Assembly: GCF_009834535.1 (NCBI RefSeq)
Contig: NC_045697.1
Span: forward strand, 27,778,001-27,842,000
Direction of reading: 5' to 3'
Source: Camelus ferus
Lineage: Eukaryota
DNA length: 64,000 bases
Below are positions 51,900 through 64,000 of this stretch, piece by piece. Positions within the stretch are counted from its first letter, which is position 1; every line of letters begins with the position of its first letter. Under the pieces are notes generated by a model. It made no database searches. It saw nothing but the letters and a program-made list of their open reading frames with translations, and had not been told where the DNA came from. Position numbers and translations under genes: made by a program.

Positions 51900-52600
51900 C
51901 TATGAAAAAGCCATTGACTTCAATTTTATCTCATAAATATTTCTCTAATCTACCCATGACTTTTCATTTCCACTCCAACCCTCTCGCTCTCACCACTGCA
52001 GCACCTTCCCAACTTGCCTCCCCTTATCCTGCCATCCTTTCTAATCCCCTGTCGGCGTATTAGCCTGCACCATCTTTTCATTTCAGCATTCCCCAGTTTA
52101 CCACCTGCTCACAGCTCCCCTTTTCTCTTGGGCTGAAAAGCCAACCCCTTAACGTCTGTACCCACCTGGATCTACCTGGTCCACTCATCTACCTCTTCTC
52201 CTGTGCTAAGCCCCTCCTCCCTCCCTCAGGCTCTGGGGCCTCTCCTGGAAGACGCAGTCACTCTCTTTCCCACTCTGTGACCTTTGTTACTCTGTTTCTT
52301 CTGCTGGAAAGCCCTCTCTCCCACTCCTCTCTCACTGAACTTCTACTCAGCTTAAAAATAACTTCCCTGATCTCCCAGGCCAAGCAAGTCATGCGCTGCT
52401 GTTTCATGCTTTCATAGCACCCTTTACTTTTTTTCTTAGCACTTATCCCAAATTGGCAATTGTGTAGTTCATTAACATCTGCTTCCCTCTGGCAGGTGAG
52501 CTCCAAAAAGACAGAAATAGGGTCTGTTCTGTTCTTCTCTGAAATCCCAGTGCTCAGAGCAGGGCTGACAACAGAGCGAGTGATCAACAAACACTATTGA
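51900..52600 (+). mobile_element. L2 fragment
   Basis: cctgctcacagctcccc...gaaaagccaacccctta...cttccctgatctcccaggc...ccctctggcaggtgagctcc. Confidence 0.7.
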
Positions 52601-53744
52601 AGGGAGGGAGGAACAGGATGCTATTATCGATGGTCCCTTGTAGGCTTTTTATTTTCCTATACATTTTCCTTCAGATCTGAGCAGATACTAATTCTGTCCT
52701 GGATACAGAAATTGGCTCTTTTAGGTCTTTCCCATTGTTTATCAGGGACCAATTGTGTAGGTACTAGGCACTTTTCCAGAAGCTGGGGGCAGGGGGCATG
52801 GGGAATATCACAGTGAACAAAATAGACCAAATCTCCGCCTTCCTGAGCTTACGTTCTAGGAGGAAGAAACAGATAGTAAACATAATGGACAAGGAAATTA
52901 TATAGTATATTTAGAAGGTGAAAAATGTGAAGAAAAATAAAGGCGGGTGAATTGGATTGGAAGAGAAGGAGAAGGGGGAGCTAACACTGATTCACTGTGT
53001 GTTTAAAAAAATAGGTTGGGGAGACCAAAATAAAGGGGGTGTGAGTATTTTCATGAAGATTAAAATACATTTGAGAAACACAAGGGAAACAGATACAGCT
53101 GCAGATCAACCGGGTACTGTGTTCGCCTAGGGGAGCCGCATGGAGGGCGTGGCCGCCAGACAGCAGCAACTCCTCTCACCCTTAGGGCTTCGCTGTCTTC
53201 CTCAAGAACTTCATACGTTTAAATGTTACTCCTTTCCTCCGAACCCTCTCCTCCTCCCTGGCAAAGTTGGTAGGTCTGTCTTCCATGTTCCTACGACCTT
53301 TTGGTCATCCCTACACTATACCACCCATCTCTCTCTCTCCCGCGATGATTTGTCCACGCAGGCGTCGTCAGCCCACCTCCAACATCTGAGTTCCTTAAGA
53401 GCGTGGACCATGTCCCCGCGCCCAGGATCTGACTATTTCCAGCACTTGGTAATATGAAAGGTAATCCAAATATCTGATAAATGACAGAATGAAAGAATGG
53501 ATAATGAATGAAAGAACAGAAAGAGAGTTGGAATGAGTGTGGCTATGGCAATTAGAATGGATCTCGTCCCACACCTGGGTTCTCCAGAGATTCTCCAAAT
53601 TTGAGTATGCTAATCTTTAGCACTTTTGGATCCAGGAATATTGGAATGGTCAGATAAGTTATTCTCTACAGCGAATCAAAGTGCTTGAGTAGGGGCTCAT
53701 ACGTGGGTTACAAAATCTATTTAATAGACCTGAAAAGCATTTTT

Positions 53745-53780
53745 CTTTTCATTGAAGTAGAGTTGATTTACAATGCCGTG
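53745..53780 (-). mobile_element. Ultra-truncated L1 tail (36 bp)
   Basis: attgaagtagagttgatttacaatg between perfect 15-bp TSDs ctgaaaagcattttt (53730-53744 and 53781-53795). Confidence 0.8.
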
Positions 53781-54589
53781 CTGAAAAGCATTTTTTAAAA
53801 TTTACTAGAATACATGATAAAATAACAGAATGCCTCAAAATAAGTAAAGTTAACTGGTTTTGTGACATGTGGCCCAATTTTCCTAGAACAGCCTGGTTTA
53901 TTCCTGTTGGCTCAGCACAGTTACTTCCAAAAGTAATTAACTTTCCTAGTCTGTAAAATAAACTAGGTGATCATTTTTATTATATATACGTACGTGTAGC
54001 ATGTCTACTGGTTTTCAAAGTAACGTTATTTATTATTATGGACTGTGGTCAAAAAATTTTGAAAAAGGCTTTTCCAGAAGGAAGCATCATGGAGGAGAAA
54101 AAGCAATGGAGATGCAGAGACAAGAAGAGATCAGGATGCCTTCCTGATCCTCAGACTATCCCGTGTGGGAAGCAGAACCATTCCATTTTACAAATCTGAG
54201 AATTGAAGCCCTCAGGGCTTAAAGAGCTCGCCCAGGTTCAGATGCCATCAAGTCGTAGTGCCATCATTGAAGTCCAGGTCTACAGGGGGTAAAGAAAAGG
54301 CATTTTGTTCTACACGTGAGGAAAAGTATTTTTCCACTTCTTGGAGATGGCAGCATTTGTAGGCATGTACAAATTCAGGAAGGAGTCACAGCACATCTCC
54401 CACTCTAGTATTACAAGTTCTATAATTTAATAGACATACTTTAATTTCAGAACTATTTTGCATTTGAACTCCTTAATATTTTGGCTCAGACGGCGATTCT
54501 TAATTATGGACTGAAAAAGCAGATGAATGTTCAGGAGTGATGAAATAAGCCTTGCTAGGCAAAAGCACAGAAATGAGCAGTTCTGGGTA

Positions 54590-54835
54590 GCGTGTACATT
54601 AGCAAAGAGAGCAGGATCTGGAGACAGACCGCACAGGTCCACATCTTAATAGCCATGGGATTGTGGGCAGCTTTTCAGTTTCTCTGTGCTTTAGTTTACT
54701 TATTTATAAATGCCTACAATCATGGTAACTACCTCAAAGGGTTCTTGCAAAAATTAAACAAGAGAATTTACATACAACTCTGAACATGCTTCCTGGAATG
54801 TGGTCAATGCTCAGAAACGTCAGCTGCTATAAATA
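54590..54835 (+). mobile_element. MIR
   Basis: aagagagcaggatctggagacagacc...gtgggcag...tctctgtgctttagtttacttatttataaatg. Confidence 0.75.
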
Positions 54836-57104
54836 AGAATGGAAATCAAGACTTTTGGAGCTCATGATGTTCCCTTTTTATCTTTACTTCCCATTGACTT
54901 ACACCCCCACCTTCAGTGGTATTCCTCTAGACTTTTTTACATTCCTGAAAAAATCCCTACCTCTTTGGTCATGATGCATTATTTCTTTAAGAGATTGCTA
55001 GACTCAATTTGCTAGTATTTTGCTGAGGATTTTTGTGGCTTTTTTTTTCATGAGGCATATTGGTCTCTACTTATTTTTCTTTTTTTCTCTCTTGTAATGT
55101 TACCATGAGATTTTCATATCAAGGTGATGCTGGCCTCTTGAAATGAGTTGGGAAGTATTCCATCCTCCTATTTTCTGAAAGAGTTTGTGACACATTGGTT
55201 TCTATCTTAAACATTTGATAGAATTCACAAGGGAAGCCATGTGGGCCTAAAGTTTTCTTTGTGAGAAAATTTTAATTTACACATTTAATTTCTTTACTAG
55301 ATGTAGGGCTATTCAGGTTTTCTACTTCTTCTTCAGTCATATTTGGTAAATTCTGTCTTCTAAGGATATTGCCCATTCAGCTAAGTTGTTGAATTTATCT
55401 CCGTATTATCATTCATATATTCATTTTATTATCATATATTATCATTATCATCATCTGTAGCATCTGTAACACATCTCACTTTCATTCCTGAAATTGACAA
55501 TTTGTGTCTTTTTTTTTTTTTTCTCTTAATGAGTCTAATTAGAGGTTTATACTTTTCGTTGAAAGTTTCCAACCAGTTTTTGGCTTTATTGACTTTAGTA
55601 TTTTTGTTTTTTATGTCATTAATTTCTGCTTGTATCTTTATTTTCTCTCGTCTGTTTTCTTCAGGTTTAATTTATTCTTCTTTTCTTTCTTTTTAACGTA
55701 CAATCTTAGATTATTGATTTTAGATCTCTTTTGAATTAATTGAGTTTTAATATTCCATTTATATATAGCACAGTTCTTAATTTTATTAAACTTAGTGATT
55801 GCTGAATACGTTACAATGTGTTTTTAACTCATGATACGTGTTCAAATAATATTATACCACTTCATGTATTATGTAAAACTCTTAGAACTGTAGACTGCCA
55901 TCTCCCCAACCCTGCCCTTCAAACTGTTGTTATGCATTTTATTTCTATATATCTGATAAATCTCAAAATATATTATAACTTTTTTCTTTATGCATTGGAA
56001 TTCCTTTTTAAAGAAATTTTTGAAGAAACAAAATCTTGTTTATTTGTCCACATGTTTAGCATTTTTGGCACATTGTACTCCCAAGTTTGCATCTGGCATC
56101 ATTTTGCTTTAGCCTGAATAATTTTCTTTAACACTTCTTGTAGTATATATCTGCTGGCAACAAATCCCCTCAAGTTTTATTTGTCTGATAAAGTTTTTAT
56201 TTCACTTTTGTTTTTGAAGGACATTTTCATTGGATATGGAATTCTAAGTTGACTTTTTACTTTTAGCCCTCTAAAGATGTTATTTCATTGTCTTCTGGCA
56301 AAGTTTCTGAGGTGAAGTCTATTGTCATTCTTATGCCTGTTCTGTGTGTAATGTGTATTTTTCTCTAACTGCCTTTAAGGTTCTTTTCAACACTGGTTTT
56401 CAGCAATTTGACTATTATGTACCTTAATTTCTTATTTTTTTAATGAGCTTTTAAGCTTTTGTATTTATGAAATATAGTTTTCATCAAATCTTAAAGTGTT
56501 TGAGCCATTATTTTTTCCAATTTTTTTTTCTGTCCCATCTTTCTTTCCCCATTTATGGTAGATCATTTTATATTATCCCACAGATCACTGAGCCTCTTTT
56601 GCTTTATTTTTTTCAGTCTTTTTTTCTCTGTGGTTCATCTTGGATCAAGTCAATTGCTATGTTTACAGGTTTACTAATCTTTTCTTCTGCAGTGTCTAAC
56701 CTGCTGCTAATCCTATCTTGTAAAATCTTCAGTTCAGATATTAAATTTTTCACCTCTAGATGTTTCATTTGGTTCTTTTTTATTTTTTGTTTTTCTTCTG
56801 ATTCTTTAAATGTTTTCCTTTAAATACTTATTTATAATAATAAAGTATTTTAACACCCTTGTCTGCTAATTCTATTACCTTGTCATTTCTAGATTTGTTC
56901 CTCTTAACTACTTATTCTCCTTGTTATGTATATTTTTTGCCCACTTTTTGTCATGTCTGGTAATTTTTTATTCAATGCAGACAATTGTCTGCATTGTGTT
57001 GTCTTCTTTTAAAGAGTATTGGATTTTGTTTTGGTGAGTGGTAAAGTTATCAGTTTGATTCCTTCAAGACCTGTTTTCAAACTTAACTAGAGAGAGGCTG
57101 GAGT

Positions 57105-57581
57105 TGTGCTATCCAACGTGGTAATCAATCACTATGTGGCTATTGAAATATGACTAATCTGAATTAAGATGTGCTGTAGGTATAAAATACACAACAGATT
57201 TTGAAGATTTAACATGATGTTCTCATTAATAACTTTTATATTGATTACATGTTGAATTGATAATATTTGGGATATACTGGGTCAAGTAAAAGTATATTAT
57301 TGAAATTAATTTTACCTTTTTTTTTTTACTTTTTTACTATGGTTAACAGACATCTAAAATTACATATATGGCTTGCATTATACTTCTTTTTTTTTTAATT
57401 GAAGTTTAATTGATTTACAATGTTGTGTTAGTTTCTGATGTACAGCATAATGATTCAGTTATACATAAATATATATATTCTTTTTCATATTCTCATTCAT
57501 TACAGGTTATTACTGAATGTTGTTCCCTGTGCTATACAGTAGGAAATATACATTGCATTATATTTCTACTGGTCAGTGCTG
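57105..57581 (-). mobile_element. MER33 (hAT-Charlie) interrupted by an L1 tail
   Basis: tgtggctattgaaatatgactaatctgaattaagatgtgctgta...attgattacatgttgaa...aaaattacatatatggcttgcattata...tactggtcagtgctg. Confidence 0.85.
57388..57552 (-). mobile_element. Short young L1 3' tail inside MER33
   Basis: Poly-T plus aattgaagtttaattgatttacaatgttgtgttagtttctg; TSD ttgcattata(c/t)ttct at 57373-57387 and 57553-57567. Confidence 0.85.
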
Positions 57582-57589
57582 GTCTAGAG

Positions 57590-57796
57590 CAGAGGTCAAA
57601 CTACAGCCCGCATTGGCCACCTGTTTTTGTTAGTAAAGTTTTATTGGAGCACAGCCACACCCATTCAATTATGTATTGTCTATGGCTGCCTTCACACTAT
57701 AATGACAAAATTGAGTAGTTACGGTAGAGGCCATATGACCCATAAGCCAAAGATATTTGCTCTCTGTAAATTTAAGAAAATGTTTCCAATCCCTTG
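57590..57796. mobile_element. MER58A
   Basis: caaactacagccc...taaagttttattggagcacagccacacccattc...gtctatggctgcc; gtctagag on both flanks (hAT-type TSD). Confidence 0.9.
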
Positions 57797-58926
57797 TCTA
57801 GAGGATCTTTCACTACAAGGATAGTTCAGACTCATTACTAGTGTATGATTACTTCAGGGTCTCCATTGAATGTTCCAAGGATGAACAGGGACTCACCTCT
57901 TTGGCTAGTCAACTCCAAACATTTTCTCACTTCATGTGTGCCCTGGGATTTATTTAGCTTACAACTCACCAGTCTTTTCTGCCCAGCCTTGTGGACTATC
58001 ATTCTATACATTTGTGTCATGGTATTTCAGCTGAAACACAAGAGATCCTTATATTACTCATTTCTGGGGCTCTCTGCATAGCTCTGTCCTTCCCAGAATT
58101 CTGCCCCACTACTTCTAGCCACCTCAGCCTCCCCAAACTCCAACCTCCATCTCATCAACTCAGCAAGGCTGCCAGGATCTGTTTAGATCTGCAGTCTAGA
58201 AATTGTTTCCAGGCAGAAAGCCAGGGCAATTATCAAGCTCACTTTGTTTCTCTTCTCTCAAGGATCACAGTCCTATGCAGACTGTTGTCCAACATCTGAA
58301 AGCCATTGTTTCATATTTTATCCAACTTTCTAATTATTTATAGTGGGCAGTTAAGTCTGGTCCTTGTTACTCCACCATGCTTGAAGGGGAAATCCCCTCT
58401 ACTTATCCTTTCTTGATAGGTAGAATTTTCTAGATAGTGTACTCTAGCTCTTCAGACTTTCCAAAGGACATTTGTTAGATTTAACTGACTTGTACAGAAA
58501 TAGAGGGGTAAGTGTGAAGCCTTTCCTGGTAGGTTTGCTTAAGTAGTTTCATGATAACTATACTGTTGCTGACCTGGATTTCTCATGCCCAGTTTATGAC
58601 AGAAAGGACAGAGATGACTTTATAAGAGACCCTGAAAGCAGGTTAACCTTGGGCTGTGCATTTCTGAATTCATTTCAGCATCTGTATAAGAGGTAAAACA
58701 AACACATTAAAGAGGATATGCCTCTTTTAAAAGTTTAGGAAGTGATGACCATGAGTTCCAGATGCTATAAACAAATAGAACTGACCACCTCCAGGAGTTA
58801 CAGTTAAAAGAAAGAACTGATCCAAAATACAGATAGGTGATAGATGCACACAGATATACAGATGAAAAAAGAGGTTTGTTTTATATTAGCCGCATTTCTT
58901 TATTAAGGGATGAAATTACATCCTCA

Positions 58927-59043
58927 GCGGCATACCTCCCATCTTATACCACTTGCTGCGCCCCACTGCCTCTTTATTTTAGTATCTGTTTCCTCTAGGT
59001 GTGAACACCCTGAGGACAGAAGCTTTGCTTTGTGTCACTGTGT
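58927..59043. repeat. 117-bp inverted copy of 51219-51335
   Basis: By-eye alignment of the reverse complement: 113/117 identical, no gaps. Confidence 0.95.
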
Positions 59044-59559
59044 TGATCACACACACAAAACTCACGAATTTTCTTGTACTTGATTAGAAAAAAATTTCAG
59101 AAAAATGTGGGGAAAGAATCCATTTGTTGAAAATAGGATGAGAAATGATAGTTTAGTCAAAGGGGAAGGGAGTGACAGAAAGGACTGGGAAGGGTATAAT
59201 ACTGACAATGTGGATCAAAAACAGGAGAGTCAAGAATCAGAAGTGGGGGCGTGGGTAGGTTAAAGCAGTCAAAGGAGAAAAAGGTAGAGAGAGAGAAGAT
59301 GGAAAAGTAAAGGATCAGGGGTACAGTAGTGCCAGGGGTCACGGTAGACAGATGTTCAGTGAAGGCTGGATGGATGAATGATAAATTGATGAATGAATGG
59401 ATGGATGGATGGTCAGAAGACTATAATAGAAAAGGATAAATGTGATGGCTGAGGGTGAGAATTCGATCTAGTTGCAGACAAAGAAGGAATGATGGAGGAC
59501 AGGGAATTGTAGGGATGGGTTTTGCAGGATGGGAATTTGCAACTATTTTAAGTACAAAT

Positions 59560-60150
59560 AAGTTTTCCTCTAAAGAAATCATGTTTAAACCTCAGATTAA
59601 AGGTCACTTTCTTAAAGAAGTCTTTTCTGATGATCAATCTAAATTATTTCACCTGTTTCTCCTCTCATGACACTCTTTTCCCCTTTGTAATACCTAACAC
59701 AGTTTATAAACAAAAATTTTTGATGATTATTTGTTTAATGCCTGTTCTCCCACTAGACTATAGGCTCCCTGAGGGAAAAAACTGTGCCTCTTTTCACTGA
59801 CCATTGTGTCTTTAGGGCCCAGCATAAAGCCTGGCACATGTTAAGCTGCCAATAAATATTTGTTGATTAAATGCACAAATAAGTGCATGAATCTATGAAT
59901 GAATGAGGTTGGGACATGGGGGATGCAGAGCTGGGAGGCCTCCTGAGGATTAAGGCCTATTCATCCAAGGAGTGGCCACAGTACAATATGAAATGCCCTG
60001 CAACTGGAGTTAGGAAGTCTGAGTTTAACACCTGCCTCTGCTGTTTACTTGTTGTCTTAACTAGGGCAAGATAATTTATCCAAGCTTCTGTTTTCTGATC
60101 TCTTAAATGAGGACAGTACACCTCACGTGGTTACTATGAAGCTTGAATGG
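59560..60150 (+). mobile_element. L2 3' end (~59560-59905) and MIR (~59985-60150)
   Basis: cccactagactataggctccctgaggg...gcctggcacatg...caataaatatttgttga; ggagttaggaagtctgagttt...gggcaagataattta. Confidence 0.8.
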
Positions 60151-60944
60151 GTATAGTGTTCAGAACTTCTCAAAGGTTTTCTCTCAAGAACCCCTCAGGA
60201 AGGGGGGAGGGGGTGTGGTTCACATCTCTGTTGAACTAAAGGCACACTCAGAACAAAAGCAACTTTTTTGAAATAGGTTTCATCTTGAAAGTTTACACAA
60301 AGTTTGCGTTTTATACCACACTATACATGTATATTGTTTCAGTATTTAAATTATATTTTAAATTATTCACTGGTAATTTATGTAACATTTTTCTCCTAAA
60401 ATAATTGAATAAAATGGATGCTCATTAAAAATGCACTATATTTCCTTTTGGTTTTCCATATTTATGGGGAGCATGGGTTTATGTGAAATGGCCTGCCACG
60501 TGATGGTTGGTCCTCTGTAATGTTTGCTGAATCTCAATCTGTCCACCAGAGGATCAGCATGGTTGGATCAACAGGCAAAACAGATACTATAAAGAGGATT
60601 CCCTCCCTAGAGGCAGGGCCAAGGCAGGTTTGCTGGTCTGGGGCTAAATCAAGGGTACAGGTTAGAAAGGACCTGTAACTTTATTTGAATCTAGATAATC
60701 AAAAGGAAAATGATCATTGCTATATAAAAGGAAAGAGTTATATACTAGATAGTTACATAATTTATAAATAATTTTATTATATAATATAATCTATAGATGT
60801 TTACTTATAATAACATATCATTATATATATGTTATTACATAATATAATGTATTGAACTATCTGCAGAGAAAAAAAGATACTTAATTATCAAAGATTACTC
60901 TTTTCTTTGGTTTTATTTTTAGAGCCTAATGTTAAAAAAAAAAG

Positions 60945-60988
60945 ACAAAAACAAAAACAAAAACAAAAACAAAAACAAAAACAAAAAC
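60945..60988. repeat. (CAAAAA)n repeat
   Basis: Seen directly. Confidence 0.9.
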
Positions 60989-61333
60989 CCCTTCCATTAT
61001 CTATACTAACATTCAGAAATTGGTCAGTTCTAAATCTGAACTAGCCATAAATCTATGCCCTACACATTTAGCCATGGCTCACTTTCCACTTCCAAGGTTT
61101 CAATCCAGTGAAAACATTAAATACAGTATCATGAAAGTAAACCCCCATACAAACTACTGTGGTCTGCCTTCAGAGTTCCCTCACTGCAAGGTGGGGATAG
61201 CTAGACTTCACGGGCTGGTTACAGCACGAAACGCAGTGATGCACACCGCATGCCTGGTACAGTGCCTGGCACACTGCCACCAGGACCACCTGAGTTCTAG
61301 GCTTCATTCACTGCTCTGTCATCAGTGCCTACT

Positions 61334-61737
61334 TGTTATGCGCCGAAGAGTGTCCTGTGCCCACCCCACCAGCCAAATCCGTATGTTGAAGTCCTAACCT
61401 CCGGTACCACCGAGTACGACAATATTTGGAGACAGGGTCGTTAGTAAAGTAATTAAGTTAAAATGAGGATTAGTGTGGGCCCTAATCCAACATGACTGGC
61501 GTCCATATAAGAAGAGGAAATTTGGACACAGAAAAGTACAGAGGGAAGACAATATGTAGACATAGGGAGAGACCATCTACAAGCCAAGGACCGAGATCCG
61601 GAACAAATGCTGCCCTCATGGACCTAACAAGGAACCAGTTCTGCTGACCACTTGATCTCAGACTTCTAGCCTCCAGATATGTGAGAAAATAAATTTCTAT
61701 TGTTTAAGACACTCAGTCTGCGGCAGTTTTAGCAAAT
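61334..61737 (+). mobile_element. MLT1B-like MaLR LTR
   Basis: tatgttgaagtcctaacc...taattaagttaaaatgagg...gggccctaatccaacatgactgg...gacttctagcctccaga...aataaatttctattgtttaag. Confidence 0.9.
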
Positions 61738-61904
61738 TTATCTACCACTGGAATAAAAGCTCCCCGAGGACAGAAATTTTTCTTTTTGTTCAGTGATGTA
61801 CCCTGAGTATTTAGAATAGAGCCTGACACATAGGAAGCACCTAATAAATAATTGTTGAACTATTTAACTGTGCAGTCCTGTACTTAGCACAAGATCTTCA
61901 GGCC

Positions 61905-62019
61905 GATGTTTGAAGACTGAATAATGATCTATTTCCCAAATACCAAAGCAGGACATAGTCTGATATTTGAAGACTGAATAAATGACTCTATTTCCCAAAT
62001 ACCAAATCAGGACATAGTC
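61905..62019. repeat. Two-copy tandem duplication (56 and 58 bp)
   Basis: ga(tg/ta)tttgaagactgaata...tctatttcccaaataccaaa(g/t)caggacatagtc at 61905-61960 and 61962-62019. Confidence 0.95.
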
Positions 62020-62619
62020 AGAAAAAAAAAGTTATGTAAGTATATTTATATAAGCATTGTAAAACTTTAAATATTAAATCACACTAAACAATCACCTTAA
62101 TTGAAAATGGCAAATGAAAAAAAAAAAAAGAAAAAGAAAAGGGCAAATGTCATGAAATTCAAGCTGGTCTTGGAAAATCCAGCTTTGGTACAGTAAGTTG
62201 CCAACTGTTTGATGTCCCCAACTCTTGGCCTAAACTGAAGCACCGTCCATACAGCTCTCACTTCCTTTTCCAACCTCTTTTTCCCTGAGTCGTCCGCAGG
62301 GTCCATTTGCGGGAACCACAGTGGTCTGTGTATCCCTTCCAGATACACCAGGCTCAGCTCAAATCCCTCCTCCCACAGGAAGCCTTCCATGACCCTCTGA
62401 AGCCAAAGTGATACCACTCTTCATCTGGACTACTTTAAAAATATATATATCATCTACTTGCTCATACCATCAGTTATCTTTGCATGAAGATATCTGTCTG
62501 GTTTCCATTTTGAATTGAGGAGAGAGACCTTGTAATTACTTAATTCTACCCTTATCTAAGTAGGGGACCAGCAAATATAATAGATTTTTCATTAAATGGT
62601 TGGAAAACAGCAGAGTCAG

Positions 62620-63030
62620 CACTCACACCCAACGGCAGCCCTGACAGTACAAGAGCCAGAGAAGGCACTGGCAAATCCAAGTCTCTTTAGCAACTTGGGC
62701 ACAAGCCCCACTGAACGTGGGAAATGGAGAACTGCAGTTACAGAGCGGCGGCGCTGTTAATGTCACCATTAACATCAGTCTAATAAACATGCACCAGCCG
62801 TATTTTTGTATAATGTCTGTTTGAATTAATGCTGGGTGTTTCCTTTCCAAGGATTCTTACTATTCTTTCCTCTGGCTGTTTTTTTGATTGGACACTTACC
62901 TCAGGTAACCAAATCAGCAGCAGGATGTGGAAATAACATTTGATCTCTGCTTCTGTGGGCTTGGCAAATAGCTGCAGTGTGTTTATGCAATCACAGGCAT
63001 AAGAAATACCACATAGAATTAATTACTTTT
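62620..63030. promoter_or_regulatory. Candidate conserved enhancer-like element
   Basis: No repeat recognised; retained CpGs; CGTGGGAA (62716-62723), TGTTAATG-tcac-CATTAACA palindrome and TAAT cores; conservation is inferred, not measured. Confidence 0.45.
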
Positions 63031-64000
63031 TTTTAACTATCATTTTTCTGATTTCCTTGATATGAAACATGACCCAGCGTATATAATGCAAAACCTTTAG
63101 GAAAAATGAGTGTGATATTCCTCCACTTGTTTTCTCACCACTTGATCTCATCTTCATATGACCTTTAAAAAATCTTATTGTTATATTTTTTTCATTTAAT
63201 TGGATCCAAGCAATGATGATAAAGATAATTGGAGAAAGGAAAGTCTTACCTCACACGTAAGCATGAACGTTGCAGTCTTTGACTATATTAATCAGTGTCC
63301 CTCATTTAATCCACAGTCTAACTTTCTCTCCATTCTTATGGAGAACATTTTGAATAAAATTTTAATTATAATAGTCTAAATATAATGTTTAATTATAATA
63401 TTTTTCTTGGAAATTAGACTTTAATAACACTATTTTGAGTAAAGCTTATATTTTCAGGAATATAATTCAGAGATACTAAAGCAATAAGGTATAAAGTGTA
63501 AAAATACAAATCAATACCATATAAATCAGAGCACAGAATCTTTTTATAGATGAATAAACTCAAATCAAAAAAAGTCATTTATTTGGTCAAGGAAATTAGT
63601 TCTTGGAATAAAATAGAATTGTCTATCAAGTATAAAGAGTTGAAACAGGAACTATAAAAAAGATGAAGCTCTTACCCAAATTAGCTTACAAACAAGTACT
63701 GGAGTTCAAGCTAACTAGAAATATAAACTGCAGGGGGAGTTGAGAGAGGAGGTAATTCTACCATAGAAAAGCAATTTTTAAAAGTCTTGGAAGATTTCTT
63801 TTTTAGATTCAAAAAGAAATTTTGAATTATAATTTAAAAAAAATAATGATACAGGAAAGGTTTTCTTTCAAATGAGCTAAAGAAACGTTGCCTTCCTTTT
63901 CTAATTTCTAAAGACTATGGAATAGAAAGATCACTACCTAGAATTGAAATAACATCATCCACAGTGTTGTTAGGGAGGGCATCAGGCATTGTTGGGTCAT

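Larger units (their letters stand above)
54965..58396 (-). mobile_element. Old L1ME-type element with 5' end, ORF1 and partial ORF2; hosts nested inserts
   Basis: tttgctagtattttgctgaggattttt...tgagttgggaagtattcc (ORF2); tctggcaaagtttctgaggtgaagtc (ORF1); gttgtccaacatctgaaagccattgtttcatattt...gttactccaccatg (5' end). Confidence 0.85.

Noticed and set aside
61905..62019. CRISPR-like or functional repeat array
   Set aside because: Two adjacent copies with no spacer, in a eukaryotic context

Overview
This window is mammalian nuclear non-coding DNA (large intron or gene desert). It is most likely camelid, because it carries four copies of a tRNA-derived SINE resembling the camelid Vic-1 family and I saw no ruminant or pig SINEs. 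I could not support any host protein-coding gene. The ORF track is explained by an L1 ORF2 remnant, ERVL gag/pol fossils, microsatellites and chance ORFs. Much of the window is interspersed repeat (MIR, L2, old and young L1, MaLR/ERVL LTRs, hAT and Tigger DNA transposons), separated by repeat-free, motif-rich islands that look like enhancers or non-coding exons. The best-supported observations are: (1) a 117-bp, 113/117-identical inverted copy (58927-59043) of part of an ancient L2 lying 7.6 kb away (51219-51335), implying recent local templated copying; (2) a twin-primed, 5'-inverted L1 with a perfect 18-bp TSD (21354-22590); (3) an internally deleted ERVL gag-pol fossil; (4) several ultra-short L1 tails with TSDs and a nested insertion stack; (5) candidate minus-strand splice signals and enhancer-like modules. 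I found no convincing previously undescribed biological system. Repeat names come from recalled consensus sequences, and boundaries without a TSD are approximate.
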